From Cycas panzhihuaensis (taxonomy: Eukaryota; Plantae; Cycadophyta), in the NCBI GenBank assembly GCA_023213395.1, contig CM041465.1, forward strand, positions 183,527,741 through 183,591,740: a stretch of DNA of 64,000 bases, in the 5' to 3' direction. The translations under genes and the position numbers were made by a program. Numbering within the stretch: position 1 is the stretch's first letter; each line of letters starts with the position of its first letter. Under the pieces are notes generated by a model. The model had not been told where the DNA came from, made no database searches, and was given only the letters and a program-made list of their open reading frames with translations. This document shows, piece after piece, positions 14,401 through 24,680 of this stretch.

Positions 14401-16065
14401 GTTGTGAGCGTAGTAATAAATACAGTCTCCTCCTCATCTTCATCGTCTTGTTCTTTGCTAAAGTTCCTTTTAGGTTGCTTACCCTTCTAAATTTTAACTC
14501 TTCTTTATGGACACTGATATGGGTAGTATCCAAATCAACCATAATGGTAGTAAATGTCAAAGGCTCTGCAATTACTAGAATAATGTCTAGGTCTTCCATA
14601 ATTGAAGTATACCCTTACTTCTCTGGGAGGTATGCTACGTCCTTGACCATGACTGTCGTGTCCTCTTCCTTGAGATATACTCTGTGTATCTAGAGTTTTG
14701 ACACGTCTAAGAAACTTATCCCTTCTATTAGGTCCTAGGTGAAGCTTAGTGATGAATACATCTTCAATTTTAGAGGTATCTTCATACCTCTTGTTCCTTT
14801 GTTCTTGTCTTAATAGCAGCCCTGTTAATGTATTGAGAAATATATTATTGATTTGATCATTATTAGTGATCATATTAATTATCATATCAAATGATCTTAG
14901 TAGCTTGCTTTCCACCATTTTAACTATTTCTTATTCTTCAATTTTGACCCTTGCACTTAGTAGATCATTTCTTATTGAAATTACTTTATGAAGAAATATT
15001 GAGATTATTTCTAATTTCTTTATATGTAACTTAAGAAAATATTCTTTTAAAGCTATGATTTAAGCTCTATTTTTTTGCCCATACATGTTTTCAAATAACT
15101 GCCATATTTTTAAAGATGAATTCAACTTGTCTATATAAACAAGAAGAGGATTTGATATAAAAAGCTTTAAAGTAATTAGTCCTACTTATTCCTTTCTTCC
15201 CAGCTGAGAAAATCTATGTCAATTTCGTTTGGTTTTTCTTCAATGCCTGTGGTTATTTTCTAGGTATTTTTGGCTCTCAAAAGAGTCTCTATTTTTATTT
15301 TCCAAACATGATAGTTAGAGGTAGTTAATTTATCTTATTCTGACAGGGACAAGATAGCAGAGGCCATCTTTTAAAAATACAAAAGTTAATAAACCAAGTC
15401 TATCCTTATAACTATATAAATTTCTATACAAAAATTAAAGTGTACATAATTGAAAAAAAGTTATCCCAAAAGTTAGATCTTTTACTAAGGATTCCAAATA
15501 TGAAATTATTTTCCAAAAATTCCTTCTGGATTAAGAGAAAATAACCCCAAAAATATAGAGGGGGTGGTTAGGGTTTTGATAAAGAATTACTTCGAAGTCT
15601 TCAAATCTCTAATGAAAGATGATAAAACTAGATTCAAAGCTTTAATACTAATGAGAAGAAAGATTTTGAGTAGATTTTACCCTGATTTATACCAGATCTG
15701 AAGAGAAATTTCTGATTTTCCTATAAAACCTATACAACTAGAAAAATAGGTAAAAGACCCTTAAAATGACTTCAAATGGATTCACACTAGAAGAAAAGAT
15801 TGATCTTCATCTATAGATGGACCTCCACACCAAATTTAGTCTTGATCTATGCACGTTGACATTTTCATGACCGTACAAATCCATACAGGTAATAAATATA
15901 CAACTTGAGTCTCTTTTAAATAGATAAGACTTTGTCCTCAAGTCTCAGGTTGACCTGACTTCATTTGAATCCTTACTACAACTTTTCAAGTTAATCTAGC
16001 TATGTTCTAACTCTAAATCCTTACTGTAACTTTTAGTTCTTCTTTTCTAGAAACCAGGTAGGCCT

Positions 16066-16077
16066 GCTCTGATATCA
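16066..16077 (-). promoter_or_regulatory. tRNA-iMet primer-binding site
   Basis: Minus strand TGATATCAGAGC (consensus TGGTATCAGAGC) abutting the 5' LTR. Confidence 0.9.
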
Positions 16078-16273
16078 TGAAGAAGTAAGAAAATTAATAT
16101 TAGAAACTTGGATGACCTATTATGAGAGATTAAGTACATATATATACAATTTGTACATTATAACTGACATGGGAATGAATGCCACGTATCAAACACTTAT
16201 CTAGAAACACATAAAGGGGGTTGTAACATAACCCTCAAGATAACATCCATGGATGAAACATTATATTATATCA
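16078..16273 (-). repeat. 5' LTR of copia 9105-16273
   Basis: TG...CA termini, homology to 9105-9369, adjacent PBS and TSD. Confidence 0.93.
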
Positions 16274-18370
16274 TAAGCAATGTGCAAAAAGAGTTAAAGA
16301 ATACATTTATCCCACAAATTAATGCCAAGTAATGATTGCAGATGGATGATGTATTAAATATAGAGGAATGTGTCAGAAAGTAGAGCTAGCAATGGGAGGA
16401 TATTCTCTTAAGTTATAAAGGTATGTGATTCTAATAAGTGGTATAGATATTGTGTTAGGAGCCCAATGGCTAAGAACACTAGGGCCAATTACATTAAACC
16501 TAGATAAGCTATTCATAAAATATAAATCTAAGGGTAAGATCTACATGATACATGGATTTATTCTAATTGAAACTTAATTTATAATATCTCATAAAATGGA
16601 GAAAATATTAAAAAGAGGATGTCTAGGCTTTGTCACTATATGTTTCTCTCTTAAAGTAGAAGTTGAGGACAATTCAATAAGTAATGATATATAAGAAATT
16701 ATGCAAAAATAGTTGGAGGTATTTAAGGATCTTCTGATGGGGCTACGTCTTGATTGAGGTATGGAACACATGATTAAACTCTAAGAAGGGTATAAATTAA
16801 TTAATATTAAGCCATATTAACATCACTATTATCAAAATAATGAAATTGAAATAATTATTTAGGATTTATTAAAAAATCAAAGCCATATCACCTATTAAAA
16901 GCCCATATATAATTCTATAATTCTAGTTAGAAAGAAAGATCGTTCTTTTCTCATGTGTGTAGATTTTTATATGTTGAACAAAATAACTATTAAAAATAGT
17001 TTTCCTATTTTAAGTATCAATGAACTCTTGAATGAACTTCGCGAAGCTAAATATTTCACTAAACTTGATTTATGATTTAGATAGTTCCAAATACGTATTC
17101 ATATTAAAGATATTCTAAAAATATATTTGCATACTCATAGAGGTCACTAAGAATTTAATATCATGTCCTTAGGCTTGACAAATACCCTAACAATATTCTA
17201 AGTAGTTATGAACAAAACCTTTTAGCCATGGTTAATAAGATTTGTACTTGTCTTCCTTGATGACATTTTAATATATAGTTGCAATTGGAATAAGCACCTA
17301 TTACATGTTAATGAGGTTTTGAAAACCTCAAGAAAAAAAGAGTTCTATGCTAAGAAATCAAAATGAATATTTATGAAATAGGAGATAAAATACTTAGGGT
17401 ATATTATATTAGCTAAATGAGTGAAAATGTACCTAAGAAAAATCAAAGACATTTTAGATTATTTGAGTTTGAAGATTATCTCCAAACTATGAGTATTCTT
17501 AGGATTAACATGTTACTATAAAAGATTTATTAAAAACTATGCTTACATCATGACCCTCTTAACCTTATTAAATAAGAATCATTTATATGGAATGATGAGG
17601 CATAACAAAGCTTCCAAAACTTAAAATAATACATGATGACTGAATTGATACTAACCATGCTTGGTTTCTCAAAACACTTCACTCTAGAATATGATGCATC
17701 TAGAAATGGGATAGGGGTCATCCACATGCAGAAAAATTACCCAGTTATATTTGAAACCATAAAATTAAATCAAAGGAAAATATTGAAATCCACTCACAAT
17801 AAGGAAACGCTAGCAATAATGTATGCATTAGTAAAATGGAGGTAATACCTATTGGGAAGTAAGTTTTTAGTCCAAACATGTAATGACAATTTAAAATACT
17901 TCTTATGCCATAAAAATGCTGATCCTCAAACAACAAAAGTAGGTTAGTAAAATTTAGACATTTGACTCTAAGATTCTTTATATGAAAGGGGAGTAAAATA
18001 AGGTGGCTAATGCATTGTTGAAAAGAGACAAAGAACCCGTTTTGTATTTTTCTACCATTATTATTCCATCATGGATCAATGATACCCAAGTAATGAAATT
18101 CAAGACATCATAGCCAAGCTACAAGAGGGAATGATATGTCTAGGAGATAAATATGAATTGAAGAATGATATTCTCTAGTATAAAGGATGAATTTACCTAA
18201 CCCCAATATCTAATTATAAGAAATTAATTTTAAAAGAATGCCATTTAGTATCTATAATAGGTCATAGAAGATTCTTTAAAACCTATCTTAAGGTATGCCA
18301 TTCTTTTCTACTAAAAAGGACTAAAGAAAGACACCCAATGATTTGTAGTAGGATATGACATATATCAAGC
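16274..18370 (+). mobile_element. Decayed Ty3/gypsy pol (protease end, RT, RNase H, start of integrase zinc domain)
   Basis: DIVLGAQWLRTLGPI; FTKLDL; VLVFLDDILIYS; FTLEYDASRNGIG; KETLAIMYAL; GH...KTY. Confidence 0.92.
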
Positions 18371-18420
18371 CTATTAAAAATTTTAAATTTATTACAATAA
18401 TATATTAAAAATTTTCATTC

Positions 18421-19562
18421 TCTCTAATATCATGTTAGAATATACTCAAATATAACATAAGCATGATAATAAATTATGAGGAATATGTACACAAATATAA
18501 TAATGTATGATCAATGTGTAAGGTGGTAACATGAATCATAAACCATAATGAACATCATTATAAATTAATAAGTATAATCCACATAAGATAATAGATTTAT
18601 ATGTGGGAAAACTATGAGGAAAAAAACACCGGAGAAGGTTAGATTTAAGAGCTCCTTTTTATTGACCTTCATATGATTACATCTCCATGTCAATCCTTTC
18701 TTGACCTTTCTCAAGTTTTCAAGTAGTGTGTATATATATTTATAGATTTATTCATCTTATGAATAGCCTATAAAATCTTTGAGTCTTTTAATCTTCCAAT
18801 AAGATTACATGAATATATGTTGTATTTCACACTCATTAATACTTTTATGTGTGGGATTATATGGGCCTATAATCTTACATTAATGTTTAATATCTTCAAT
18901 TTGTAATCTTCAATCTTTAACCTTGGTCTTTATGTTTTCATGATTTACTTTCATGCTAGAATCTATAAACCTATATTAAGTTGAATAATTGAATCATATG
19001 TAACCTATAAATCAATTTGTATTACTTGTGTTTATCATGCTTGTCTCTTGCAAGCAAATTCTATAATCTATAATTAACTTATAATCAACTATGACAAATA
19101 CTTGTAAACCATTATTAATGAACCAAATAATAATTTATAACTCTCAATTTATCATGATATATAAAGTCTCTTCTCAACAACCCCATATCTTCCACCTGTA
19201 AAGCTGTGATAATCAACTATGTCAACTCTAAAAATTTTATAAACCAAAATGATTACTACTATCCATATAAAACAATAATCATCTATTAAAATACATGAGT
19301 ACCTAACCTTAGTAATCTCTAATTTTCTAAGATGTGTTTCTTGTATGTGGTTCCTCAACATATAAAGTAAAATAATAAACAACACTAATTGTTAGGCTAG
19401 TATATTATTACAAGAGTAGTAATATGTCTTGCCTCTTGCATACAAGAATAACAACATTAGCTATGAGGCTAATATATTATATAGGAGTAGATTGTAAATC
19501 ATTTTTCTTATCTTTTCCCTACAAGATATATATGTGTGTTTTCTCATCTATGCACACTTACA
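18421..19562 (-). repeat. Putative ~1.1-kb orphan LTR (18433-19562) with degenerate PBS (18421-18432)
   Basis: Minus strand TGTAAG...CTAACA followed by TGATATTAGAGA; no partner LTR or TSD seen. Confidence 0.5.
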
Positions 19563-19946
19563 ACTAATAAAATTTTATTAATGAATATAAAACATGGCTT
19601 TTTAAACTAACATCCTATTTATCATTTCGCTTAATCCATCTTATTAATGAGATTATTAATGGGGATTTATGGTTTCATTCATCTTTTATTTTTTTTTTTA
19701 AATTCTTTGTACTTTATTTTAAAAATCAATTTATTATTAACCTACAAAACAAGGGTAATAAAACTAGAAATAAATAAATATTTAGAAAAGTAATATACCT
19801 ATGTGTCCAAAGCTTGGGTTATTTGTATAGGACCATCCTATTGATTTTACAAAAATTTCAAGGTTGTCCTACAAGATGTAAGTTCCTCTATATGTCAAAC
19901 TTGTTAGGAGGAATATGATGCCCTTCCAATAAAGGTCAATAATTAT

Positions 19947-19994
19947 GGTCGTACACCAATAGATTTAGCTTCTAGTTAGGGGCATAAAGGGATA
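19947..19994 (+). pseudogene. Ankyrin-repeat gene fragment, CAMTA-like
   Basis: GRTPIDLASS*GHKGI versus the CAMTA ankyrin motif GRTPADLASxxGHKGI as I recall it; only 16 codons. Confidence 0.65.
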
Positions 19995-20032
19995 ACAGAC
20001 TCTTGCAACCCTTTGTGATCTTTATCAATGAA

Positions 20033-20098
20033 ATGTGTGGATGGCTAAAAGATGCACTCCAAGTGGTTGAGAAAATGCCTGTGATAGATGCATTCATA
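20033..20098 (+). pseudogene. PLS-class PPR gene fragment
   Basis: MCGWLKDALQVVEKMPVIDAFI resembles the PPR motif KCGxLxDAxQVFDKMPxRD. Confidence 0.6.
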
Positions 20099-20749
20099 CG
20101 GATACAAACACTGATATATTCTAGGTTAGAAAATGGTGATCACACCTAGATATATACACTGGCATACCCCAGGTTGGTGAATGATTATTCAGCTCTATAT
20201 ATTTGTAAATTTACATATATTTCTAAAAGCCTAAAGAGGATAATTAATTTACGATGCCAAGAAGCTACGATGGAGTTCAAGGAAGGGATGTCATGGTATG
20301 CATTTGTGCATAATTAAAAGATTAGGTTTCTCGTTCAAATTTCAAATGGTTTTGATATTGGCATATTATTATGTAAAAAAAACCTTTGCATTATACAGAT
20401 TGATATTTCCTTGTTTGCCATCTGCTATAAAATAAGCAATAATAACATCTCTTATAATAATATTTACCAATCCTATTTCCTGTTTCAATAGAATTCATCT
20501 TCTGTGAAAGCCAACCCAGTCTTAACAGAATAGTTAATCCCATTACAGAGAAGTTTACCATTTTATCAAAACCACTATATATGTGTGTGTAAGATTTATA
20601 CTAGTAGAGATAAGGCAAACCCTAGAAGAGTTCAATCAGAAAATAATTAACTTAAAGTTAAGGATTTCATTAGGCAAATTAGCCTTTTATCTACCAAAAC
20701 ACTAACATCAACCATATTCTAAGAGGGTTTGAGGACTAAAGGGATGATA

Positions 20750-21171
20750 ATGAAAGAAAGAGGTAAAATAGGGTAGTCATCAGTGGATGAAAGATACACT
20801 TAGTGGAAATCCTTGATGCCTATTCTCTATGATTGGATAGCTAACCATAACCTTGTTTGGCCTTCTCTTTCCTCTTGATGGAGGCCTTAGTTGGAGCAAG
20901 CAACCTATAAGAACCATTAACATCTATAACTCTTTAAATAGATTGATGGAAGTATACCCAACACATTGGTGATTGCTAATTATGAAGATGTCAAACTAAG
21001 GGTTGTGACTATTAAGTATATATCTTAATTTAACAAAGAGGTATGTTCTTCTTCTATTAAGAAATTCAAGACCATCATACACCTAGTGAGGTTAATGGGA
21101 TAAGAAAATTTCCATAGAACAACAAGATTATTGCTATGTACACTGATTGTTTAGATGTTCTAATATGGGAG
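20750..21171 (+). pseudogene. MSI4: Intronless (processed) 5' fragment of MSI4/FVE (RbAp48-like WD40 histone chaperone)
   Basis: MKERGK..SVDERYT*WKSLMPILYDWIANHNLVWPSLS..P*LEQATYKN..DGSIPNTLVIANYEDVK..IS*FNKE..KKFKTIIH..EVNGIRKFP*NNKIIAMYTDCLDVLIW is colinear with FVE/MSI4 (SVDEKYSQWKGLVPILYDWLANHNLVWPSLSCRWGPQLEQATYKN...DGSVPNTLVIAN...VLIWD) over ~140 codons with no intervening sequence; many premature stops and a frameshift. Confidence 0.93.
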
Positions 21172-21240
21172 TGGTAAATAAAATCAAGAAGTGGTGGATC
21201 TTATTCACACAATAAGAAATTGTAATTAGAGCCCACAAAA

Positions 21241-21384
21241 ACCTTTCTACTTCTACAAATTCTGGCTATCAGTTTAAATGCATTTTCTGGAGAAATTCCT
21301 TGATAACTTGGAAATTTATCTAAATTGATATATATGGATGCTAATGACAATTCATTCTCAGGATCCCTTCTAGCTCTAGATATG
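21241..21384 (+). pseudogene. Plant LRR receptor (RLK/RLP) fragment, about two LRRs
   Basis: LQILAISLNAFSGEIP**LGNLSKLIYMDANDNSFSGSL fits LxxLxLSxNxFSGxIPxxLGNL. Confidence 0.85.
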
Positions 21385-21669
21385 AAAATTTAGGCTATTG
21401 TTAAATGCTTAGTAGAACTCACTATAAATTAGAAATTGGGGCTACTAAATAATTGGCCTCATGCACTTATACTGATTAATCATCGATCCACTTAATCTAA
21501 TTGCATCCTTCCATTGTTCACCATAACCTAAAGTGTGTTAAATTCTAAAAAAATAGTCATTGGATGTATTACAGTTACTACTATTACAACAACCATATTT
21601 AATGGATTTGTAGGAATGAAGAAATATTTCCTATACTACATTTATTTCTGTTTATGCCAATTATAATGT

Positions 21670-21830
21670 AATATTATTGGGTTTAGAGGCACAACTAATT
21701 TTCCTTATTATTACCAATTATAATGATGTTTATTAAGTTTGGAGGCATAACTAGTTTGCATTTCTTATTATCATTTATAATGGTTTTGGAGGCATAAATA
21801 ATTTGCACTCCTCATTGCCATTAGTAATGG
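21670..21830. repeat. Three imperfect ~50-bp tandem repeats
   Basis: TT(A/G)GAGGCA(C/T)AA(C/A)TA(A/G)TTT...TAATG recurs at ~21683, ~21739 and ~21786. Confidence 0.7.
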
Positions 21831-21845
21831 TGTGTTTTTTCTTCT

Positions 21846-21994
21846 TGTGGAAGATGGCACGAATGCCACTTCCTTCATTTAAAGATATGTTGATATTTTA
21901 TGAAGCTAGTATTCTACCTAATAAGTGCACTATTGCTTGCATTCTCCTAGCATATAATAGTATATATGATACTCATAAAATATTTAATAGAATG
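21846..21994 (+). pseudogene. PPR gene fragment(s)
   Basis: CGRWHE..FKDM; EASILPNKCTIACILLAY (cf. GIxPNxxTxxxILxAC); SIYDTHKIFNRM (cf. SIEDARKIFDRM). Confidence 0.65.
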
Positions 21995-22242
21995 TCTAGC
22001 TTTACGATATCTGTTTGGCTAGGTAGTTTAGCCTGTTTCCAAGATACATGCTAGATAAAGATCTATTCCATGCTGATGAACCATGTATGTAAAGATATTT
22101 CCTAGGCAATTGATGGATATAATGGTTGGTTACCCATGTGATCCAGTGGATGGTGATATCTTTATATGGACGTTACATCATTTTCTAATGAAGCAGATTG
22201 ATATAGTTTTTTATTATAAAAAAATTAAACATTATGGGGGGA

Positions 22243-22589
22243 TGTTGGAAGATAATGCTTAATTTATGGGTTAGATGTTTAATGTTTGAAGCAAGGATCC
22301 TATTGTTATAGTTAGGGTTACTCATAACTTAATGTTATGACTATAAGTGTGTGGGATTTATTATGTATATACTTTTTGTAATACCATTATAAGTTGATCA
22401 TACAAGGTACCGTATGTTACCTTGTATGATCAAGCCTTTATATTCCTATCTCATGTAATTGATTAATATTATGACTATATATACACACTTAATATGAAAT
22501 TCAATTAAAGAGATAAGATTTTTATTAGCTTTATTATTATTCATTTTATTTCTCGTATATTAAGTGTGTATATTTTATCAATTTCAACA
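22243..22589 (+). repeat. Copia-type 3' LTR preceded by PPT (22236-22242)
   Basis: CATTATGGGGGGA|TGTTGG...TTCAACA; PPT context nearly identical to that of the copia elements at ~870 and ~54740; internal similarity to the LTRs of 33528-41089. Confidence 0.85.
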
Positions 22590-24680
22590 ATAGTCTTATT
22601 CTCTCTTTTTGTAATCCCATTTTATTAAGGGGTATAGAGATTTATAAACTGCTTCCTTATCCTAGAGTATCTATAATAGTCCTTGAATTCATTCAAAATG
22701 AATTTTCTCCCATTGTCTGATTTAAGGATTAATATCTTATGTCTAGTAGGTCTTTCAATTATGACTTTGAAGTTAATAAAACATTGAAGTGCATTTGACT
22801 TATACTTGAGAAAATAAACTTAATTTATTCTTGTAAAATCATAAATAAAAGTTATGAAATACTTGGCTTATTTAAGTGAAGGCACATCCATTAGTCTATA
22901 TGGATTTATGTACACTAGCTGAAGAGGTCCATTTGCCCTATAACTACCATTAGGGAATCCTTCCCTTTATTGTTTGCCTAGTATACAACCTTCACATACT
23001 TCTTTGCTATGATTAATGTCAGGTAGACCTATTGCCATTTCCATCTTTTCCATTAATTCCAAGTTGTTATAGTTTATATAGCCAAGTCTTACTATCTATA
23101 TTAATTGATGCATTCAAGGCAGAGTAATTAGTTGAGGGAATAACTAGTTTAAACAATCTATCACTAGTTATTTGACTCTTAGTAACTACTGCCTTATTCC
23201 TTAATTTGTCCTTAATGGTGCACTTATTATTGTCAAAGATAACCTTGTACTTTTACTTAATCACTTGTCCTACTTATAGTATATTTTTCTTAAGTATATA
23301 AACATGGAGTATATCATTGATATGTCTAGTTTTACTAAAGTCTATTTGGATGGATATATTTCCTTTACTAATTGCAACTTGTGTAGTATTGTCTCCAAAT
23401 ATGATTTTTCTCTTTTTGGTATTGTCCAACTCCTTGAACCATTCTTCTCTATGTGTTATATGAGTAGAGCATCCTGAGTCAATATACCAACTATCTTCCT
23501 CTTCATTTGCTATTAAACTTGATAGGAAGAGTCTCTCATTTTCCCTTGGTTCTTCAACTACTATATTAGTTTCTCTTCTTTGCATGTTGGTCGTTTTGTG
23601 AAATAATTCATATATAAGTATCTAATTCTATGATAATAAGAATATTATATTATTTCTCTACCTCTAAGACTCCTTCCTCTTTGTTCTTGATTCCTTCCTC
23701 TTAGACTTTGTTCTCTAACTCTTCCTTAAGGTTCAAAACCTCGCCCTTGGCCTTAATTAAATTAGCCTTGAAAATATTATCTTTATCTTTGGTCTTGTCT
23801 TTTATAAAATTGATTTTAACCTTGATGAAATTGACCTTGACCTTGACTTTAAAGAAATTAATTTTGACCTTGATAAAATTAACCTTGACCTTTATAGTAT
23901 TGTCCTTGTCCTTGACCTTAATAAGCTTGACCTTGTTTTTGAAGAAACTGCCATTGATTTCTAAAGTTTTATCCTATTCCTCTAGGAGAATGTCCTCTTT
24001 TCTTAGAACTTTGGCCTTCAAAGATTAACCTAATCTTTGCCTTAGTGGCAAAAACATATTCTGATAATTCACTACCCCCCTTTTTCTCTTTAATAACAAG
24101 TAATATTATACAAAGTTGGTCAATCTTAAGTGTAGTTAGCTCTTTGGAGACCTTAATACTTGTTGCAATTATTTCAAACCTTTTGATATGATTACTACAT
24201 CTTAGGATCTTTTCTACCACCCTTTGTTTAATAATGACTTCTCTCAAGTCTCTTATTTAATTGATTAGGCCGTGTACCCTAGTTATAAAATCATTTATCA
24301 TTTCATTATTATTTATTCTATAATTTTAAATCTTACTCCTTAATGTTTAAAGTTTTGATATAACAACTCCTTTGTAGGTGGTCTTCAAAGCATCCCATTC
24401 CTCTTTTGATATAGTTGCCTCATTGACTCTTGGTAAGATACAGTCCTCCAATGTGTAGAAGATGTTTGCCAAGGCTTTCTTATCTTATTTTTCATTCTTC
24501 TTATAGGTCTTCTTTTGATTTTTAATAGCATTAGGATCAAGTGCCCCTTAACTTATCTTAATCAAGTCCCACACACCTTTTGACATTAAGATAGGTTTCT
24601 TCATAGGACTCTAATTTAAGAAATTAATAATATTAAACTTAAGTATTATTATATTACTTATGCTAAAGGCCATGATAAAG
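22590..24680 (-). mobile_element. Decayed copia gag-protease-integrase fragment, cut off at the integrase by the LTR at 22243-22589
   Basis: VVEKILRC (gag, similar to 57968-58330), WYIDSGCSTHIT (protease), YTP**NGITKRENKT (integrase). Confidence 0.9.
23720..23945 (-). repeat. Short-period CAAGGT-based tandem repeats in the gag linker (QG-rich)
   Basis: Repeated CCTTGA/CCTTGT on the plus strand. Confidence 0.75.

Larger units (their letters stand above)
9105..16273 (-). mobile_element. Full-length decayed Ty1/copia LTR retrotransposon with TSD TAAGC
   Basis: LTRs 9105-9369 and 16078-16273; TAAGC at 9100-9104 and 16274-16278; PBS 16066-16077; PPT ~9370-9380; minus-strand gag, protease, GAG-pre-integrase (LWHLKHGHIS), integrase and RT (DLGLLNYYL) remnants. 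Confidence 0.95.

Noticed and set aside
20220-20320. Additional PPR fragment DAKKL-DGVQGRDVMV
   Set aside because: Needs a frameshift, and another frame is open across the same bases; ambiguous
20930-20975. GSIPNTL read as an LRR motif
   Set aside because: It is the DGSVPNTLVIAN segment of the colinear MSI4/FVE fragment
19563-22240. Helitron or Pack-MULE as carrier of the gene fragments
   Set aside because: No TIRs, long TSD or hairpin-CTRR end found; intron loss, uniform sense orientation and the PPT-LTR favour retro-capture (not fully excluded)
23708-24028. L/T/K-rich plus-strand ORF and similar short antisense ORFs over retroelements
   Set aside because: Shadow frames of gag/pol or tandem repeats
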